From the NCBI GenBank assembly GCA_951406725.2, contig OX597819.1:121148001-121212000 (forward strand): a stretch of DNA of 64,000 bases, given 5' to 3'. The DNA comes from Octopus vulgaris (lineage: Eukaryota). The notes below the pieces were generated by a model that saw only the letters and a list, made by a program, of their open reading frames with translations, had not been told where the DNA came from and ran no database searches. Below, one piece after another: positions 54,277 through 64,000 of this stretch. Every line of letters begins with the position of its first letter. The first letter of the stretch is position 1. Both the position numbers and the translations under genes were made by a program.

Positions 54277-54540
54277 ATATCTAACTATGACTCAAAGAGA
54301 CAGAGCTACACCGACGGATATTCCAGAACCAGTTGTTATATATCCCACCCGTGAGGGATCGATGCTAGATGGCTTGAAACAATTGTAGCGCTTAATAAAA
54401 ATTCACGTATCTTCCATCTTCCGTCTCCCTCAGTAACCAAATATATACACGTGTGTGTGTGTGCTTCTGTATGTATGTGTGTGTGAGTGTAGGCGCGCGC
54501 ACGTGTCTGTGTATGTATGTGAGTGTGTGTTGATATATTT

Positions 54541-54749
54541 TTCTCCTCTAGGCACAAGGCCCGAAATTTTTGGTGAGTAGTCCAGTCGATTAGATCGGCC
54601 CAGTACGCAACTGCTACTTAATTTATAGACCCCGAAAGGTTGAAAAGCAAAGTCGATCTCGGTAGAATGTCAACTCAGAACGTAAAGACAGATGAAATAC
54701 CGCTAAGCATTTCGCCCGGCGTGCTAACGTTTCTGCCAGCTCGCTGCCT
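54541..54749 (-). mobile_element. SINE family A monomer
   Basis: Family motifs. Confidence 0.85.
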
Positions 54750-55304
54750 TCGGGCGATATTGGACGAATTATGTACAAGTATGCATATGACTTGTACGAG
54801 CAGTGAGGAAAAATAAGATTATTAGACATGCTTTTATATCCAAATGAATAGTCTTAGTCGAACATACGTTACCAAATGATAAACGATGGAAGCGGAGTCA
54901 GGTATATCCCAGGAACAAAAAAGTTTATACATTTTTTAACGGGAACAGTATAAAACCCCTAGTTTTGCAATGACCGCTATATAAAAAATAATTCAATCTC
55001 AGAACAAGGTAATTGTAATTTTCGAAGCACTTATGTATGTCCCTTCAATAACCTGTGTATGACTAACTGATTTCTGTGTCATTCCTATAATAAAAATTCC
55101 ATAAGATTTATCTGTAATTCTGTATTCGTTGGAATGGGAAAATGTGTCGCTGAAGAAGGACTTCCAGTTTGAACAATTTTCATGATGTTTCATATTCTGA
55201 TGCTTTTATTAAATTCATTCAGTTTTTAAACATAAATCTTGGAATTAAATGGTTTTGATTTACTGTCAGGTGACATTTGGCCAAACCTGTATACGTATAC
55301 CTAC

Positions 55305-55373
<69 letters not shown>

Positions 55374-55385
55374 CTATATATACAT

Positions 55386-55820
55386 ATTAGAGGTGTTCAT
55401 TGATGATCCTCATTGACCCGCTTCCCAAAGTCTGGGATAAACGAAACTTAACATAATTATTAGTCCTTCTCTACTTAGTCACCACCATTGGTAACATACT
55501 TCTCCTATCGCTTTATGCAGTTATGAAGATCTCGTCCGTAGAAGTCGGTAGGTTGCGTCTAGAGCCAATACTTTACCCCAGAAATAAGTTCACCATCCGA
55601 AAAGTGCCTCCATTTCCAGAAAGACTTCACGGTTAGAAAGAGGTGGAAGTTAGATTGTGAGAGATCGGGAGAGTAACGGGGATGAGGAAGGATTTCATAG
55701 CCGCAGCCGTGTGCTTTCATCTGGGCAACATGTGCATTGTGAACTGGGGCGTCGTCTTGGAGGAGGCGAACTCTTTTGGTCAGGATGTCATGCCTCTCTG
55801 CTTTGATGGTGTCTCGCAGT
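55386..55820 (-). mobile_element. Mariner 3' remnant
   Basis: Minus translation RLLQDDAPVH...GYEILPHPRYSPDLSQSNFHLF. Confidence 0.82.
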
Positions 55821-55838
55821 ATATATATATATTATATA

Positions 55839-56008
55839 GGCGCAGGAGTGGCTGTGTGGTAAGTAGCTTGTTTACCAACCACATGGTTCCGGGTTCAGTC
55901 CACTGCGTGGCATCTTGGGCAAGTGTCTTCTGCTATAGCCCCGGGCCGACCAATGCCTTGTGGGTGGATTTGGTAGACGGAAACTGAAAGAAGCCTGTCG
56001 TATATATG

Positions 56009-56039
<31 letters not shown>

Positions 56040-56248
56040 TTGTGTGTCTGTGTTTGTCCCCCTAGCATTGCTTGACAACCGATGCTGGTGTGTTTACGTT
56101 CCCGTCACTTAGCGGTTCGGCAAAAGGGACTGATAGAATAAGTACTGGGTTTACAAAGAATAAGTCCCGGGGTCGATTTGCTCGACTAAAGGCGGTGCTC
56201 CAGCATGGCCACAGTCAAATGACTGAAACAAGTAAAAGAGTAAGAGAG
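55839..56248 (+). mobile_element. SINE family B, full length (reference copy)
   Basis: GGCGCAGGAGTGGCTGTGTGG head to ...CTGAAACAAGTAAAAGAGTAAGAGAG. Confidence 0.92.
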
Positions 56249-56300
56249 TATATATATATATATCTGTAACTGTAATATGTAACAATTATTCAGTAGCCAT

Positions 56301-56361
56301 GATAAAACTCAGGGTTTCGGATGTCGGGGTGGAAATCCACGCCGCCATCTCTTCAGTTATC
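56301..56361 (-). ncRNA. Type I hammerhead ribozyme motif (near-intact)
   Basis: GATAA-CTGAAGA-long stem II-C-GAAA-CCCTGAGT-T-TTATC; one stem III mismatch. Confidence 0.55.
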
Positions 56362-56553
56362 CGGCCATTAACTGACTAGGCCGCTGGTGGCAAAAAAATT
56401 CTACAAAATGTTTTGCCACCCTATATTGATTAATAAATATATATATATATATATATAATAAAATATTATTAGAGACAAAACCACTATTTTGCAAAACAAA
56501 CAAGGAAAGACTTAATCAATACATAAAATTTTAATAAATAGTCAAAAAAACCG

Positions 56554-56596
56554 CCACTACAATTGTTTCTTGTCTTGATCGACAATCTTCAGGTGG
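56554..56596 (-). ncRNA. Type I hammerhead ribozyme motif (intact)
   Basis: CCAC-CTGAAGA-TTGTC gatcaa GACAA-GAAA-CAATTGT-A-GTGG; palindromic stem III ACAATTGT, GUA site. Confidence 0.75.
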
Positions 56597-56707
56597 ACTT
56601 CCAATCTGACAGTGATGTTGTTGAATCGTGCATTGTTGAATTGGAAGTGTTTTAGAACCTCTTAGACAAGGGTCGCTTGATTGCCAGTACTTCTTGAAAG
56701 CTATATA

Positions 56708-57069
56708 TATAAAATTTATGAATAAATGAAAGAATGGAGTTGAACGACAAATTAACAAATTTCCTTTATTTTCGACATATGTTTCGAAGGCTGCATATTC
56801 CTAATTGTGAAGGAATAAGGAGTACATTATGCCGCTTTCTCACAAAATCTTTTAGATGACTGCTCTCATAGAGAGCAGTCATCTAAAAGTTTTTGTGAAT
56901 CTTGATGTTGACATAAATTCCTTGTTTTTCCTGATGAGAAAGCGGCATAATGTACTCCTTATTCCTTCACAATTAGGAATATGCAGCCTTCGAAACATAT
57001 GTCGAAAATAAAGGAAATTTGTTAATTTGTCGTTCAACTCCATTCTTTCATTTATTCATAAATTTTATA
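56708..57069. mobile_element. Perfect 135-bp inverted repeat (Penelope-like terminal structure)
   Basis: 56708-56842 vs 56935-57069; inner 19-bp hairpin at 56849-56889. Confidence 0.88.
56926..57008 (+). ncRNA. Type I hammerhead ribozyme motif (intact)
   Basis: TTTTC-CTGATGA-GAAAGCGGCATA...TATGCAGCCTTC-GAAA-CATATGT-C-GAAAA; GUC site after 57003. Confidence 0.78.
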
Positions 57070-57211
57070 AAAATACACACAAATTTCCTCACGAAAACAC
57101 GTAGTCGCTGCCCTAGGCACGTAACTTCAAGCGTGTTATTTCTGATGTGAATTTGCTACCCAGGTATCGGTTAAACGAATTATCCATAAAAAGATATTTC
57201 ATTTTTCTACT

Positions 57212-57261
<50 letters not shown>

Positions 57262-57450
57262 TGTATTTTCATCTTGTTAACAATTAACACGGAAAAAAAT
57301 AAATAGTTACCAGTGTGCAAAAAATCCCACAAGTAAAGAGGTTGTAACTCCTTGTTTTTAAAAATAGAAACTTTGGGTTTACGGAAATTTATTTGTATAA
57401 TATATAAATAAATAAATGGAGTTTAACGCAGATGTAATTCAAATACTTTT

Positions 57451-57539
57451 ACTTCCGACACATCTTTCGAAGATATCACTAATATTATTCCAAAGGAATA
57501 AAATGGTGTAAAGGATTGTAATCTTCTCTTCAGGGAAGT
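57451..57539 (-). ncRNA. Type I hammerhead ribozyme motif (one stem III mismatch)
   Basis: ACTTCC-CTGAAGA-GAAGAT...ATCTTC-GAAA-GATGTGT-C-GGAAGT. Confidence 0.62.
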
Positions 57540-58091
57540 GAAGAAATGAAATTCATCAATAATACATTTTAGCAGAAAATGATGGATATGTATAGTGATT
57601 TAATATACATATAGTCATATACTTCTCATTTATTTAACCTTTCCTTAATTTATCCCTCCTCTTTCTATAGGCTACCTCTGACGTTATATCATATAATGTT
57701 TTTTGAAACAATATCAATAGCTTTCAGTATATAGGGTATTAAAAATTTCTCTCCGCAGTAAATTTTTTTCATCCTGACTCTCCAGGATGTATTTTAAAAC
57801 ATATGTATAACAGTCAACTTTTGCATTGAAAATGAAGGACGACACTCTCTACACCTCTTATAAAGATTTTTAAAGTCTTGTAAAGTCTAATATATTCTTT
57901 TGTAGTCTTATACTATCTTAGAAATATTTATTTTGCAATAAAATGCTTACTGCGGAGAGACATTTTGAACACCCTGTAGTTCCTTTATGCATGCTAGCCA
58001 GTGATATTCTTGTAAGTTTTTTTACAATTAAATCCTTATATATGTTTATACATATATACAAATATATGAATATATAAATATATATATATGT

Positions 58092-58147
<56 letters not shown>

Positions 58148-58404
58148 TTAAGAGTGGAAACAATACGGAAGCACGCTTAATCATTCTTTTACTTGTCCTT
58201 TACCAATTTCAATTTTCATGCATAAATTCCTGTCTCCTTTTCACATATATATATATGTTTGTGCGTGTGTGTGTGTGTATAGATAGATAGATAGATACAT
58301 ACATACATACATACATACATACATACATACATACATACATACATACACAGATACATACATCTAAATATATATATATAGTTATATGTTCATATATATGTAT
58401 AGAA

Positions 58405-58451
<47 letters not shown>

Positions 58452-59457
58452 AAGAGAGAGAGGACCCTCTACTTTACACAATCTTAATATCAACGATCAG
58501 CTGCAAATGGCTTGTAACACCGAATTAAGGAGGCTATGAGCCAGAGACATTTTTCACCGTAATACCGCATTGGGCAGGAACATCCTTCTAGAGTCAAAAC
58601 GTGATTTCGTAATAATCTTGAAATGCAAGCTATGCATCTCACTTCTAAAATGATGGTGGGTGTTCTGATAGCTTATATCGCTTACCTCTGAGCCAGAACG
58701 GACCTGTAACCTTTTTTACGGTTTCTCATTTGGCACCAACAGCAGCTGGCAGATAATCATTCTGGAAGATTGAGGTTGCAGACAATACAATATATTGGAT
58801 TATGTTTGAGAGAATTCACTTAAATTTGTTACGTAATACCTGTTGTTAGAGGATAAGATTAAGAGATTAACGAGATGCTTTGCGGCTCTGAAAGTCACGG
58901 GTTCAAATAACTCGGAGTTCAAAAATCACCATTTATACAACAGAAGTCGTTAAACTAATTTCCAAGAATATATATTATCGCTTCAAATATAGCCGCAAAA
59001 TACTAACACAAATTGTTTTTGGAAAATATTAACACCTTAAGAAAGGTGTGAATATTTTTCTCTGTTACTTTCGCTAATTATTTTCGTCGTAAAATCGAAA
59101 CATATGCTACCGTTATTGTTCCTCAGCTAAAGTCAGCCTTAATCAAGCAGATCTTAAATCATGAGCTTTCCAACCATGAACTTCCCGTAATGTTTTTGAA
59201 TGTTATGGCCGCAGGACTATATAATGGAATGTGCGTGTGTATGTACATGTGTGTCTGTGTTTGTGTGTGTGTATCTGTGTCTGTTTGCAAAGGCGCATTC
59301 ATGGCTGTGTAGTTAACAAGCTCGCTTTGCAAGTGGTCTCAGGTTCAATTCCATTGTATGACACTTTGGGCATCTGCTTTCTCCTATGGTCTCAGACCGA
59401 CCAATGACGTGTAAGGCAATTTGGTAGTTGGAAACTGCGTGGAAGTCCTGCATAGAA

Positions 59458-59827
59458 GAGAAGACAAATAAGGACAGACAAAGGGATTAAGTCGATTACA
59501 TCGACCCCAGTGCGAAACTGATACTTTATTTATCGACCCCGAAAGGATGAAAGGTCAAGTCGACCGCCACGGGATTTGAACGACAGACGAAATACCTATT
59601 TCTTTACTACCCACAAGGGGCTAAACACAGAGGGGACAAACAAGGACAGACATAGGTATTAAGTCGATTACATCGACCCCAGTGCGTAACTGGTACTTAA
59701 TTTATCGACCCCGAAAGGATGAAAGGCACAGTCGACCTCGGCGGAATTCGAAATCAGAACGTAACGGTAGACAAAATACGGCTACGCATTTCACCCGGCG
59801 CGCTAACGTGTCTGCCAGTTCGCCGCC
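59458..59827 (-). mobile_element. SINE family A dimer
   Basis: Two bodies with the AAATACCTATTTCTTT junction. Confidence 0.88.
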
Positions 59828-60056
59828 TTATGTATTTGAGTCTGCCTTTGCCCCCTCCCTCCACCACCTTGACAGCAGGTGTTAATTTGTTTATGTCCAC
59901 GTGACGTGGCGGTCCAACGAAAAGTGAACCTTAAAATAAATACCAGATTTAATGAATAAGTACTGAGGTACACCTGCTCGATTCAACCTGTGAAATCAGC
60001 GCGTATGGTTTATCAATTGGTGTTAATGGCCGTATTCCAATGACTGTAATGGTGTT

Positions 60057-60244
60057 AATATGTAAGAGATGAGGAATTATGTACATTATTTACATTATTT
60101 ACATTTGACGGATATTTGTCTTCATCTTGTTTGTTGTTAACCCAACGTTTCGGCTGATATACCCTCCAGCCTTTATCAGGTGCCTTGGGGAAATTTCGAA
60201 CCTGGGTTCTCATTCATAAAATATTTTTCGATGCTGTTATTATA

Positions 60245-60337
<93 letters not shown>

Positions 60338-60430
60338 GAGATCACTGCCTGGAATCGAACTCGGAATCTTGCGGTTAGTAACCCGCGCTCTTAACCACTA
60401 CGCCAAGCAGTGATCTGAATAACAATAAAA
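60057..60430 (-). mobile_element. Second copy of the tRNA-head + hammerhead element
   Basis: Homologous to 11099-11400; tRNA-like head at 60348-60405, hammerhead motif at 60139-60184. Confidence 0.8.
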
Positions 60431-60466
60431 AAAATAATAATAACAATAACAATAACAATAACAATG

Positions 60467-60550
<84 letters not shown>

Positions 60551-61135
60551 GACAGAGTTGGAACCTACATACATTGGAAGCTATGCCAACATTATGGAAT
60601 AACAACAGAAAAAAGATGGTATAGGCACACACCAGAACAGGTCACAGAAAACGAGAAAGCAACCATACTCTGGGATATGCCGATACACACAGATAGAGAA
60701 ATTAAGGCCAACAGACCAGATATAGTTGTCAGAGATCATGAAGAAAAAAATGCTTTTTAATTGATGTATCAATACCGGCAGATGACAACGTGTCTCTAAA
60801 AGAAATGGAGAAACTCTCAAAATACAAAGACCTGGAAATAGAGGTAACTAGAATGTGGAATCTGAAAACAGAAACAATTCCTATCATAGTAGGTGCATTA
60901 GGCATGATAAAAAAATATTCAGACAAATACATAACAAAAACACCAGGACTTACAAACACATATAACATACAGAAAATTGCACTACTAGGCACTGCCCACA
61001 TCCTACGCAGAACACTTTCCATACAATAACCATCAGAGCATCACAACAAATCACAGCACATACCCAAGGCACACAGAGCTGCGCTCGGTAGTGAAGTGAA
61101 AGCACGCTATAAAAATAAAAATAAAACTACTGAAT
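60551..61135 (+). mobile_element. R4/Dong-like REL 3' fragment in (TAA)n
   Basis: DRVGTYIHW, ILWDMPIHTD, ANRPDIVV, KLSKYKDL, IIVGALG; one frameshift; (TAA)n on both sides. Confidence 0.9.
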
Positions 61136-61463
61136 AATAATAATAATACAACAAATAGGATGAGGATCCGACTAATGTAAATAAGGTAAGTAATGTAAAC
61201 TCAACGTTGTCCTAAGTTGAGTAACACAAGTGTTCGAATCAATAGGATCGCTCTTCTGCTACGTGTTTCAGTCATTAGACTGCGCCCATAATGTAGCACT
61301 GTCTTGTCGGGTTTTGGTCGAACAAATTGACCCTAGGATTTTTTTTTTCTTTATAAGCCTCATATTTATTCTCTTGGCTTCTTTTATCGACACGCGTAAA
61401 ACAAACGAACGCCGGTTGTCAAGCTGCGGACGGACAAAGAGAGCCACGCAAACAGGCAAGGAT

Positions 61464-61806
61464 GCACACACACACGTGCACGTACATACACACACATACG
61501 CACACACACACGCACACACACACAAACACAGGCGCACGCACACACATGAAGAGAGATACACGCTCACACACATAAACACAGGTGCACGCCCGCACAAACA
61601 CATAGACACAGGCGCACATACATACACACATAAACACAGGCGCACAATCACACACACACACATAAACACACGCACACACACCTAAAAACACAGGCGCACA
61701 CACACATACATATACACAGACGCACGCACACACAAAACACACGCACACGCGCACACACACATAAACACAGGCGCACGCTGGCACACACACACACACACAC
61801 ACACAC
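61464..61806 (+). repeat. CA-rich minisatellite (CACACATAAACACAGGCGCAC-like unit)
   Basis: Direct reading. Confidence 0.8.
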
Positions 61807-62184
61807 TTGCATATTATCAAATAAACACGAACAGCAACAAAAGAAGATAAAATAATGCGCCATGATTGTTTCCAAAGTTTGGTGACCTCCGCTACTAGAA
61901 GAGTTAAACAGATTGCTTTGACGCATTTCTTCCAGTTTTACATTCTAAATTCAAGAGAGGCGGAGGTCGACTTTGCATTCCATCCTATCGGAAGCGATAA
62001 AAGAAGTACCAATTAACTATTAGTTTTGTTCTACCCGAGTAGCCCCCAACCCGTAAACATTTCAGGGTTTGTGTCTGTAGCAGAAGGGACTATGCTCTTC
62101 AGAATTAATGCATACTTCATCCACAAGGAATATTTTGTTCTTTACGTAAAGTTAATATGTTCTCAGAATGATGATGTATTTGAT

Positions 62185-62392
62185 TCAAAATCTGGCACCA
62201 AGCCAGCAATTTCAGGGCAGGGGTATGTCGATAACATCGACCCCAGTGTTCAACTGGTACTCATTTTATCGACCTCGAAACGGATGAATGACAAAATCGA
62301 CATCGGTAAAATTTGAACTCAGAACGTAAAGACGGACGAAATGCCGCTAAGCATTTGGCTCTCAATGTTAACAATTTTGCTAGCTCGTCGCA
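62185..62392 (-). mobile_element. Diverged SINE family A monomer
   Basis: CATCGACCCCAGTG...CTGGTAC...TTTGAACTCAGAACGTAAAGACGGACGAAATGCCGCTAAGCA. Confidence 0.8.
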
Positions 62393-63094
62393 TTAGTATG
62401 ATGAAATATTACCAATATTTTGGTTCCTCGTTGATTTCCGAACTATCATTTTAAGCTGTTTTTAGATGAAATTCATTTTCAGTGCGAATTATCTGTTTTA
62501 TTTTTGTTTAATATCGTTAATCCAGCTTAGTAACGCGCTGCAATCTTTGCAAAATTCAACGGTTAGGTTTTCAAATATTTTTCTATCATTCTTTCATTTC
62601 CGGTTTACGTCTACTTTTGTACTTAGCGTTCTGTTTATCACAAAGGTTTATTTATTTTTTTAATCTCAAATTCTAACACTCATTACTTAGCGGTTCGGCA
62701 AAAGGGCCCTACAGAATAACTACGAGAATTGATAAATACAAATGAGAGATGGTCTTTATTTATTCAGCCAAAAAGCCTTCAAAGTTGGTTCGGTGACCCA
62801 GCATGACTAGAGTCCAATGAATGAAACATGTAAAAGATAACAGATATCCAAAAGACGTGGTAATCACAGCTGGAACGCTTTTGATCAAAGTTTTGCTTCA
62901 TCAGAATTTGACTTAGCGTTAAACACCACCGATAAAAAAAAATTCTTTTAAAAACGAAAAGAAAAAAAAAGGAAATTCAGTTATGTAGCAATATCAAAAA
63001 AAAAAGTTCCTTCATCTTTTCTCATGGAACCTGCTGCATGAGAATCTTCCATCTTCAACCAACTTGTTTCGACGATGTTTTCCTTACACCATTA

Positions 63095-63894
63095 CCCTTC
63101 CTTCCTTCCATCCTTCCTTCCATCCTTCCTTCCTTTCTCTCTATCACCCTTTACTCTCCTTCTATCTTAGATTTGCTTCTATCTTATTACTTTCAACTTC
63201 CAAGTTACGTTCTTCACTCCTATCTATTTGCTCCACTTCTTTACGTTATCACTTCAAGCTTTATTTTGGTCCTTTTAAACATATTTTCTTTTGTCTTTCT
63301 TCTCTTTAACCTTGCTCCTATTCATATCTTCCTCTACTGCTATCTTGTTCCATCCATATCTTCCTGTATTCATATCTCCTTCCATCCATATCTTCATATA
63401 TCCACAACTTCCTGTATTCACATCTAGTCTTCATTTCCTTCTTACTACTTCATCGTCTTTGTTTCATTCAATTGTTTTCGTTTTCTTTACTCTTTCATTC
63501 TTTCTTTCTTTCCTTCCTTCTTTCTTTCTACATCATATCTTCCATCTCAGTTTTTCTCTTACCCTTTTATCTCTCAATTTTCCCTCAATTTTTTTTTTGT
63601 CTTCTTTTCTTCCCAATTCCGATCGTTCTGCTTTATTTCCCGCTTGTCCTTCCATACCTCCTATTCTCTTCCAATAGTCTATACAAATCTCTGTTGCTTT
63701 CTATGTTCCACTGTAACATTATTCATACCTCAGCCCTCGCCCTATTATCTCTCTCTCTCTCTCTTTAACATTGCCCCTCTCCCTTTCTTTAACTTCATCA
63801 CTCTCTTTAACATTACTCCTCTCACTTTCTTTACTTCATCTCTCTTTCTTTCTCTCTCTCTCACTCTCTCTCTCTCTCTGTCTCTTCCTCTCTA

Positions 63895-63956
<62 letters not shown>

Positions 63957-64000
63957 GCTTCATCTCTCTCTCTTTAACATTGCCCCTCTCTCTTTAACTT
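63095..64000 (+). repeat. Pyrimidine-rich low-complexity DNA, (CT)n/(CTAT)n
   Basis: Direct reading. Confidence 0.8.

Noticed and set aside
57600-58040. Possible Cys-containing retroelement ORF remnant upstream of the 57.5-kb hammerhead
   Set aside because: Multiple stops; no recognisable RT or GIY-YIG motif by eye
58686-58761. 76-nt minus-strand exon candidate (CTTCCAG|...|GTAAGC)
   Set aside because: All three frames contain stops; no other support

Overview
AT-rich eukaryotic DNA saturated with repeats. No intact host gene, rRNA/tRNA gene or CRISPR array can be supported. The SINE families and extreme microsatellite density resemble a coleoid cephalopod (Octopus-like) genome; this is an inference from recall, not a search result. 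Most ORFs in the supplied track are microsatellite translations. Identifiable content: (i) four tRNA-derived SINE families (labelled A-D here), with family A repeatedly occurring as ~184-bp tandem multimers; (ii) a 5S rRNA-derived head fused to a LINE-type tail; (iii) fragments of CR1-like, RTE and R4/Dong-like (restriction-like endonuclease, REL) LINEs, the R4/Dong-like ones mostly sitting in (TAA)n tracts; (iv) decayed Tc1, mariner and maT (DD37D-like) transposons and MITEs; (v) many fold-back palindromes. The most notable signal is a set of minimal type I hammerhead ribozyme motifs of the Penelope-like/retrozyme kind. Two look fully intact (56554-56596 minus; 56926-57008 plus), four cluster within 1.3 kb, and one family combines a tRNA-like Pol III head with a hammerhead in a palindromic insertion bounded by a 12-bp target-site duplication (11093-11578; second copy near 60.1-60.4 kb). 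Coordinates were read by eye, and element ends may be off by a few to a few tens of bases.
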